Positions 10,070 to 20,000 of a DNA stretch of 64,000 nucleotides are shown here, one piece after another (the stretch's first letter is position 1; each line of letters opens with the position of its first letter). The notes below the pieces were generated by a model that was given only the letters and a program-made list of their open reading frames with translations, ran no database searches and was not told the DNA's origin. Source of the DNA: Lepidodermella squamata (Eukaryota; Animalia; Gastrotricha); assembly GCA_047495785.1 (NCBI GenBank), contig JBLDXI010000032.1, positions 1,178,001-1,242,000 on the forward strand, written 5' to 3'. The position numbers and the translations under genes were made by a program.

Positions 10070-12228
10070 ATGATCCGTTCGTACTTACTCCTCCTGTTGG
10101 TTGGAGCTTCTTTCGTTTTCGCCGAAGAAGCCGCCGAAGATGAAGGTGTCCTCGTTTTGACCAAGGGTAGCTTCGATGATACCCTCGCTAAGCACCCCCT
10201 CACTTTGGTCGAATTCTACGCTCCGTGGTGCGGTCACTGCAAGGTATGATACTTGACTAAATCAGTGATAAGCATTTATTGTTTTTTGTCTTAGGCTCTC
10301 GCCCCCGAGTACGCCAAGGCTGCCCAGACCCTTAAGGAGGAGGGATCTGAGATCAAGTTGGGCAAGGTTGACGCTACCATTGAGTCTGAACTCGCTGAGA
10401 AGTTCGGCGTCCGTGGCTACCCCACCATCCGCTTCCACAAGAACGGTGACTGGAGCGAATACACTGGCGGTCGCCGCGCTGAGGAGATCGTCGCCTGGTT
10501 GAAGAAGAAGACTGGTCCCCCGTGCAAGCCTTTGAACTCCGCTGATGAGGCCAAGGCTTTCGCTGACACCAACGACGTCGTTGTCGTCGGTCTCTTCAAG
10601 GAAGGTTCCAAGGACATTGCTGCCTACGAAGGCGCCGCCTCCAAGTTCGACGATGTTCCATTCGCTCTCACTTCCAACGCTGATGTCTACAAGCACCTTG
10701 GCAAGGAGGGTGACGGCATTGTTCTCCTGAAGAAGTTCGACGAAGGCAAGGTTGTCTACGATGGTGAATACAACGCTGACGAGATCCTCAAGTTCGTCAA
10801 GAAGAACCGTCTCCCGACCGTCGTTGAGTTCAGCCAAGAGACCGCCCAAAAAGTCTTCAGCGGTGAAATCAAGCAACACGTTCTGCTCTTCATCTCAAAG
10901 GCCGCCAGCGACTTCCAAGCCAAGCTTGATGAGCTGACCGCTACCGCCAAGAAGTTCAAGAACGAGGTGAGCCTAGGAATTGAAACTAGAAATTTGCTTG
11001 CCACACAACAGCTGCAGGGAATGCATTCAATCATTCATCTAGCCAGTTCCCAGTTGTGGATAGTCTCCATAGATGACATAATCAAGCAAATAGATTGATG
11101 TATTTATTTCGCCCGCTTGACATCTAATATTTTTTTCTATTACAGTTCATCTTCATCTACGTCAACGTCGATGAGGACGAGAACGAGCGCATCCTCGAGT
11201 TCTTCGGCCTGAAGAAGGAACAGACCCCGACCGTCCGTCTCATCGTTTTGGACGAAGACTTCTCCAAGTACAAGCCTGAAGATTCTACCATCTCGTCCGC
11301 TGTCATTACTCAGTTCGTTGAAGATTTCAAGGCTGGCAAGCTCTCGGTAAGTTAACGCGTTGATTTATCTGACTTGCCACAGCTTAGCTGCGCACTTCCG
11401 AATCAAGTTGAAAATGCGCCTGTTCCCGCTTGTGGATAGTAGTTGAACGATGCCTCTATACGTCCATCTCACTTTCTATTTAGAGATGACCGTACGCTTG
11501 GTGTCGTATATTAATTTTGCTTTTTTCATATTTTTAGCGCCATCGTATGTCCGCTGATGAGCCCGCTGACTGGGATGCTACCGGTGTCAAGGTTTTGACT
11601 GGCAAGTCTTTCTTCGATCGCATCAAGGGCAAGAACGCCTTCGTCGAATTCTACGCCCCGTGGTGCGGCCACTGCAAACAACTCGCCCCGGTCTGGGACC
11701 AACTCGGTGAGAAGTACAAGGACCACGCTGACATCCTCATCGCCAAGATCGACTCCACCGCCAACGAGGTCGAAGGCATCAAGATCCAGAGCTTCCCGAC
11801 CATCAAGTACTTCCCGAAGGACGCTAAGGAGGTGAGTTCACAGGGTCATTCAATGTTCACTTCTTCATAATTGTGTCTGCCTCTCAGCCGGTCGCCTTCA
11901 ATGGTGAGCGCACTTTCGATGCTTTCGTCAAGTTCTTGGAGTCTGGCGGCAAAGAAGAGGTACGTCTTATTTGTTATTGTTGTGCGGCGCGCGGTTGTGA
12001 CCGGTTAATGTCGCGTTGTTACGCCGCATTGTTGGTGCAACGCCGTAACAGCGCTCGTTGACCCGTGCGAGTCTATTTGCCCACGGCGACGCGTTGTTTA
12101 GGAATGCTCGGGTGACACGACGCAGCTAATTAATAATAATTTTCTTTCTGTATATCCAGGCTGCCCCTGCTGAGGATGAACACGACCACGACGGCCATGA
12201 CCACGACCACGACCACGGTGAGCTGTAG
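10070..12228 (+). CDS. P4HB: Protein disulfide isomerase (P4HB/PDIA1-like); exons 10070-10243, 10295-10966, 11146-11346, 11538-11831, 11888-11959, 12160-12228
   Basis: Signal peptide, two [11 protein letters not shown] active sites, a-b-b'-a' layout, C-terminus [15 protein letters not shown] (KDEL-like); strong codon bias; all introns GT-AG and frame-consistent. Confidence 0.96.
10992..11091 (+). ncRNA. Single-hairpin or degenerate H/ACA guide paralog in PDI intron 10967-11145
   Basis: Shares CTTGCCACA..AGCTGC..GTTCCC..TTGTGGATAGT with the element at 11374; pockets CAGCT / GTTCCC; closed by a 9-bp outer stem ATTTGCTTG/CAAGCAAAT. Confidence 0.55.
11374..11513 (+). ncRNA. Intronic box H/ACA snoRNA (two hairpins) in PDI intron 11347-11537
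   Basis: Hairpin - H box ATAGTA (11436-11441) - hairpin - ATA box (11508-11510); both pockets are complementary to conserved 28S rRNA segments with 14-15 nt spacing to the boxes. Confidence 0.82.
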
Positions 12229-14059
12229 AAAGCTCCACCGCTGCTGCCAAATCAACCCGGAATACTGAAGAACGAAAAAAGACTAGAAAACCAAACTCAG
12301 GAGTATTTTGTTGGGGTGACATTTATCTTAAAAAGAATGATGGATTGTTGGATTAAGAGAGATCTGTCCACTTAATGTATTCCTTATTTATTGCTGTAGA
12401 GCAAACAAAAATGAGCATGTTTTCTTCTGTTTCCACGAAACTGGTAGAGTTAACCTAAGCAAAAAATGTGATCACCAAACATTCTGTTTCTGCTAAAAAT
12501 ATCGACTGCGTGTTGTGTATTCAATTTTTTCTCGTTCGGTCTGATGAGACGAAGCACTGACATTCATCTTCGGTAATTACCAAGTAAAATCTGAGTTTTC
12601 TCTCATGAAACGTACGGTTATTTATATCAAGATATTTCGCAATGAATGAGATGCTGCTCAACCCGGCTCTTGTCATATTGCTTACTATTATCATATACCA
12701 TACCGCCTTTGAAAATTACGAAACGGTGTTTGTTGGATGCGAGTCTTCCATTCCTAAAACAGCACTAAACAACATGTTTTCCGTGGTCCTAGCTTTAAGT
12801 TGATTGAATATTATTATATTTGTGAATTCCTGTGACGCGCTGTAATATTATTTTAATATTATATGTGCACTGATGGACATCATTTATCTTATTATTCTTA
12901 TTATACAAAAAATCATTTACCAATTGGTTCAGAAAAAATAAAAGGACTGTGAGAAAAATGTGCGTTTTATGAAAAGCCCTCCTTAATAATTTTTGCGTTA
13001 CGAAATTGGCCCAGCTCAGCAAATTTGAGCTACGCAAATATTTTCGAGGTGAAAAACGTGATATTTTTGGTACTTGTCCGGCCTCAAACTCTCAAACTCA
13101 ACACTCAAAATATTCAACCTGGTTTAATTTTCGACTCGGCTGATTACTGATGCATACACGTGGGTAGAATCGGATAACTCAACATTCAAGCTACGGGTAA
13201 TGCTGATTAGTCAGGCAAAAGTAACTAGATGTTTTGAATTTGTAATGACCCTCAGCAGCTTTAGTCTCACTGGCTATATAAAATCAGAATTTATGCCTCT
13301 TCAATCTGCCATGGTTAGAATTTAGACCCGCTCAGGTCAGAAATAAACATCTCGAGGCAGTTGACCCACTTTCAAACAAGTGAAAAGCTTTGTTTAAGGT
13401 AGCTTTTATTAGCTACTTGCTAATTATAACTAGTTTTGGAGTTTGTCGGCAACAAGGCCTTCAAAGGCCACGTCAGCTATTCTCAGGTGACTTGCGTGGT
13501 CTGTTATTTAATTATCTATGCGGCGATGTTATTGTTTGCTCTTACTACTTTGATAACCGACTTCCCAGCGTAGTATTAATTATTATTATTACTAAGCAGC
13601 GTATAATTTCGACATATTATTGGCAGAAAGAAAACTCCAACAACAGCCTTGTATATGAACAATTGGCGTAAAAATAATGAGACGAAAAAATACACGTGTA
13701 ATAATGATAAAGGCCCCACACGAGCGATAGCGAAGGAAACCCACCTGCGCCAATTTACGCCACAGCAAGGTGGTAGTAGGGCAGATTTTCAAACCTGAGG
13801 AAGAGAATCTACCGTGAAAGGCTGACCTTTGGACTGCTGTTGAATAGCTGACGTGGCGAAACAGGATAACACAGAAAGTTCCATCAATGAAACAAAACAA
13901 CACGAAATTCACAGAGCCATCGTTTTTATTTACAATAACACAGTTCGTTGACCAGAGCGACGCAACTAAAATTTGACATTTTTCAGGTGGATGTATAATC
14001 ACAGAATAAATTGTCAGCAAGAAAAAGTGGGTTTTTTTAAGGTGGATTTGATCCTAGAG

Positions 14060-17000
14060 TTAATTGGCCAGGCTTGAATAGGGCTCGTCGCCATACGTAG
14101 CTTGGCGGGCCTTCAAAAACGCGTCCGGTTTCGGGTCGCGGCCGAGGAATTTTCGCAGCATATCCGCCGCGTCCTGGCTGCCGCCCGGGGCGAGAATAGC
14201 GTTGCGGTACTCGCGGCCGACGTCGCCGTTGAGAATGCCGCCGGGCACGAATCGCGCGTCGAACATGTCGTAGGAGAACACCTCGCTCCACAAATAGCCG
14301 TAGTACTGCGCGTCGTAGCCGCCGAGCAGGTGCCCGAACGACGCCGGCATGCACGTGCCCGGGGTCGACTCGATGCCCGAGTAGCGTTTCGCGATTTCCG
14401 CGTACAAACTCGCCACGTCCTTCGTCAGTTCGGCCTCGGTGCGCGACGCGTGCAGCGCCTGGTCGAACGAGGCGAGCACAACCTGGCGCATCAGGCTGAC
14501 CCCGGCGTTGGCGTGGCGCGCGCGGCCCAGGCACTTGACCATGTCATCGGGCAGGGTCTCGCCGGTTTTGTAGTGTTTCGACAACAGGCGCAGAGATTCA
14601 GGCTGCCAGGCCCAGTGTTCAAGCATCTGGCTAGGGGCTTCGACAAAATCACGCTCGACACGGGTGCCGGAGAAAAAGTCATATTTGACAGTGCTGCACT
14701 AAAAAGAGAAAAAAACGAATTATACATGACGAATCAAAATACCGAAGCCATAAAATAATCTGATTTTTTTAAAAATAATTTCGAGCTGAGTTTCAAGGAT
14801 TAAGGGAAGCTTTTATAAGATCAGAATCAATTTATCAATTCGAAATGATGTAGTTGAAGGAGGGGCGACATGCTGCTATGAAGCCGTCACAGTATTTTGA
14901 ATGAGTCCTAATCGAGGCTCTCAATACGGTTCGAGCTCAGGTTTTAATTCGACTTAATGGCATTGAGGAGATTTGTCACCGATATCGATTCCTGCTACGC
15001 GCGAGCGACCTCGATGTGAACGCACGACGCGAAATCTATCCACGAGATTTCGATGAAGTCTTGGTGTCTGATGTTGAAATATTTTTCAGGTCTACGATGA
15101 CCCAACAAAAACTTGACTGTTTAGCTATTTTGTCAATCGAGCGTGAGTTCACTGCTAAAATTTACGTTGCCGAAGTTTTCGATCGATTTTGCGATAGAAA
15201 AGGGGGCCGAAACTTTGTCCGGAAGTAGCCAAAAGTTAATTCCGAGTCAGTGAGGACCCTTTTAATGCTGTCTTTGTGTTCCTAGGCAAAACCACACTAA
15301 AATTCCACCTAGGCAACCTGCCTTTTGAAAACGGGTTTTTAGTCGTGAAAGAAGCCCAATGATCCTTGGCCTTGATTTTTTAGTGAAAGAAAAATGCCTC
15401 ATCGACTTGGATGAGGGCGTGCTAATCTTCAAAAGGAACTCTGAAATAGGGTGGAGCATTAAATTGCTCAGAGTTGAAGAAAAGAAAATCCTACCCGAGG
15501 ATAATTGGCGAAACGTCCCTGCATAATTGCCAGCCCTGCCCTGTTTGCATTATCATAACGAACTGTGGTTCCAAGATTTCGAGGACGATGATTTGGATGA
15601 TGAAAACACAGAAAATAGATTTCTCCCCGGAATTAGAAAACCCCTGACCGAGGCAGGAACGCACCAAAAGATGAAGGAATACCGTATTTTATCGAATAGT
15701 ATCCTGGGATATTATTTTTTTCCGAACTCGAAAAGTAGTGAAAAAAAATCGGGCTATTATTCGAGGGGGCTTTTATTCAAGGCAGGCTATTACCTTAATC
15801 GTCAAATCATCACTTCAACAGACATTTTTATTCATTTTCAGCTTGAATATATTCCTCTTTGTCGCTGTAATTAAGCTTAAATGCACTGTAGTTATCTTCC
15901 TAGTTGTCGCACTTTCTCTTTTCTACGTCTCAATGGAGCTCCCCCATTCTTACTACGTGAGCTGATCATACTAGACCTATTGTTTTTACTATATGGAATG
16001 TGGCTATTATTCGAGGTGGGCTATTATTAACCTTCGGACCTGATATTTGGATGAATTTTTGTGGCTATTATTCGAGGGGGCTATTGTTTGAGGTTGGATA
16101 CTATTCGATAAAATACGGTACCTTACAGGCGGAGAATTTGCAGCCGGCCGAGCAACAGGGAAGATTGGCAGAATTGGTCAGACAATACGAATTTTAAACT
16201 TCAACGGGCCAACTAATCAACACAGAGACTGCTCGGTAAGTGGCGCCCCTGAACCCTTCGCACCCCCCACGGATTCGACATCTCCGCCACTGATTTGAAC
16301 TGTTGATCAAATTCTGGAATGTCACCGTAAGAATAAAACTGTCAACTTTCTCAGAATTTTCGCAACGGTTTCTAAATCAAGTTTCAGGTAAGCTACTAGT
16401 AGAAAGGAGCGCCCAAATTCTTCATAAAGGCTCGATTAAATCAAGAGATTATCAATCGCACAGGCCTTTTAGCAAAACACAACCGCGAATATGAAATGCC
16501 TTTTCTCTTCACGCATTTCCCAACTACTTTGCAGTCCGACTGATTGTGTTTACAACAGCTCAACACGACGCATGGTTCTTTGGCAGAGGAGACAATATCG
16601 TCATGATTGCACACAACAACGCGATCAGCCATTATTCCTACGCATATTCTACTCAACTCGGTCATCGAAAGCTGACCTCAAACCGCCTCTAAAATCGCCA
16701 TGTCGCGTCCGCCGAAACTTCCCCGCGAATATCAGGCGTTTTTGTCGACCCTGCTGGCTAGCAGCCAACGCCAGCCCGAAAATGGCGGCGGTGTTGCTAT
16801 CCTGATGAAAAAGTCATTTCACAAAGAAAGGCGATTATCCATCACAAATCTGCCGCAGCGACTGTTCTATTGCCGATCTGGAACTTTTCACCGACAAGCT
16901 CACCGAAAAGGCCAATGGAGATCGAATCATTATTGGGGGCGATTTCAACTACGACCTGCGCCAAAGCCCGGTAAAGCTTGCTCTCGAAGCTGTGTTTGAG

Positions 17001-20000
17001 GGTGCGAAGCTCAAGCTTGGTCTGCCTGACTCTCCAGTCACTCGCTATGGGAAAACCAAGCTCAGCTCACGAGAGGCATCGCGCCTACTGAGCGTGTGGG
17101 GCAATTTCGCTGACATTTTTGGGCGGAGAGGTTAACACGGATGCCACGGAACTTCTCATTCAATCTCTTCAATATCTTCAGAGGCTTACAGAAGTGAATT
17201 CGCAACCAAGCTGTACGTACTCGTTGAAAACGCTGCCATTCGCCATTCAATTGGCCGGGCGACACTATAGCGAGACACTAGATATGAGCACCCGCGCATA
17301 GCCGAACTTTGTCAATATTTCGAGCGCAACTGGGTTGGCATTTGGCGCCATAGTCAGCAAATCGATTCGCGTGTGAAACATGGTGAAGCGCGTCGAGACG
17401 TAGTTGCCGAGAATCGACAACTACCACGAGGCGTGGCATTTGCAATTCACATCAAGTAATGCGAAGAATCACCCTCACCTCTGGCGGCTCATCGAAAGCT
17501 TCATCAAGGAGCGAAACCTGATGGATGAGCGGATAGCTGATTTTCGGCTGTGTCGGGACGTTTCTCGGTGTTCGGAGAAAAAATATATGTATTAATTTTA
17601 TTTGATATAACTACTTTGAATCAAATACAGAGAATTTTATGGCGTTTAAGGTTTGAAAAACGACACAGGCACGCCATCCAGGTGAGTAAATGTCCCTTTT
17701 TCAGGCCTGCGCCAGGTGTAGACGAGACTAGGCAATCTCGGTGTCAAAAGATGCGCTCTATCATGGGCAACACGTCAATTTTTTCACGAAAGAGAATGGA
17801 TCAACTGGAACCTCATTAATTTCGAAAAATCGAAATAGCCCAGAAACAGGTCAAAAAATTTTCAATTCAAGTTTTGCCCGTGTGAGATCTACATTACGGC
17901 TATCAAAGAAAATGATTTGGGAGGGGTAACCGAACTCGATGCGCTGAATCCGAATAGGCCGAATAGGTAACAACAAATTTGTCAACAAATTTGGTGGGGT
18001 CGATTTCAGAAATGATCACCCAATTAGTAAAATATCGAAATTTAACTTCTTCAACTTACGATATTGTGAACAGCATGGCCGAATTCGTGCAAGAACGTCT
18101 CAACCTCGTCGTGGTTCAACAGCGCCGGCTTGTTGTTAACCGGATCCGGCTTGGTAAAATTAGCCAGAACGCAAGTTACACCCGGCTGGCGCGAACCAGT
18201 ATCCAACTTATCACAGCTGTGCTGCAACGGGATGCAACACGCATGCGTGTATTTGCCCTGGCGCGGGTACAAATCCAGGTAGATGTACGACAGTAGCCGG
18301 CCATCAGCCGCGTCATACGCCGCAAACGTCTTGACATCATCGTGCCAGCTCGGCAATTCATTACCATCCAACGGCTTGAACTTCAACCCGAACAGGCGCT
18401 CGTAAAGCGACAACGTGCCGCTGATTACAACATCGACCGGGAAGTACTCACGAATTTTCTCGTGGTCAATCTGGAACAGCCGTTCCTCGGCTAGATTCGC
18501 TAAATACCGCCAATCCGCGACGCCCAGCTTGTTATCAAACGGAATTCTCAGCGATTCATGCAGTTCCTTCTTGTATTTCAGGAACAACACGTGGTCGAGA
18601 TGCTGGATGGGCTTCAACTTTTCGGCGAGATCGTTCAAAAACGTCGAAACAGCCTCCGGATTTTTAGCCATGCGAAGCTCCAACGCGTAGTGCGAGTGAG
18701 TTGGGTAGCCTAGAATATGGGCTAGTTCCAGTCGAATTTTGATCGCTTCATGCAAAATCGGCACATTTTCTTCCTTAGCCCGCGAGTTGAAGGCGGTTTC
18801 AAGTCGCAGCCTCGTGTCAGGGTGCTTGGCCTTTTTCATGATCGGGAAGTAGTGCGGGTAGCTGAGTTCGATGTTGTACTTGCCCTCGGCGTTTTTCTCC
18901 AGCGAGGCGAGGAACTCCTCCGGTACGCCGTCGAGTTCTTCGTGCGTGAAATGCAGCGTTTTAATGCTGTTCGAGATGTTCTGCTCGAAATTGATGCTCA
19001 ACTCGCTGAGTCGTTGTTTCAGCTCTTTCACGCGCTGCAATTTGTCGTCCGGCAAGTGAAGACCTAAGGCGATAAATTTAAAATTGCTTAGATACATCGC
19101 GATCAAGGCGGAAAAATAAACATAAAATTATTCCTGAAAATCAAGAAAAAATGAGAGAAACCAGAAATGTGATTGGTACCTAAATTTTTAGCCGCAGTTT
19201 CTAAAAAAAAACTGGAATTTCGCTCAGTCTTAAATGTCCGATTCCCATGATCTCAGAAGAAACAAAAATGCTTTAAAATTTGATGGGGCAAAACCCCATA
19301 AAGCTACAATCAATTTCTAATTCGACTAGATTGTTAGTAATTTCAAGTCAAAGTGGTGTCTCAGTTTAACGAATTTTGAATTAAGATGTTCCACCAAAAT
19401 TTGCCCTCTTAAGTCGTTCGGAATTTTAGTGATCATTAAACCTTCTTTCAGATTGAGAATCTCGTGCCGCCGATATGATGCGCTACTACAAGCACTCGGG
19501 CGAATTGCTGACGCAAATGGACGGCATGCTTGCTTTCAAGCAATGAGTTTCCCCTATTATCGTATTTCAATTATACATTTGATTCTTATTAGACGATGCG
19601 AATTTGCTCAAATCGCTGTCAACTAGAACGAAGCGCGCTGTAGCAGTGAAAGTTCCGGCTCCTTCGTTGGACAGCGATGCGGATCCTATTTGCCGCGATC
19701 GCAGGCATGTTGCCGACGCGAAAGATTTTGTCAATCGGCAGCGGATTATTCACCACCAGTTTGATCCCATCTCGGCTGGCAAAATGGTGGAAGAGTCTCG
19801 GCACGAATTCGTCCTGTACGATGCTCCAACCTCGACCTCGCCTTTTCGATTGGTGTTGATGACAGAATGGCAGCAAGCGCTCATCCGTACTGATGCAATT
19901 CATGACATTCTGTTTGTAGACTCCACTTACAGCAATGTCACCCACCTGGGTTACGGATTCCACACCGTCATGGCGATCTCCTCTCGCCACGACAAAGCTG

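Noticed and set aside
12541-12612. CTGATGA...CTGA / GAAAC suggesting a hammerhead ribozyme or C/D snoRNA
   Set aside because: Stem II does not abut GAAA, no stems I/III, no terminal stem and no recognisable rRNA antisense element
10262-14758. Long antisense or alternative-frame ORFs over PDI and the last THOP exon
   Set aside because: Shadow ORFs caused by strong GC3 codon bias; no motifs
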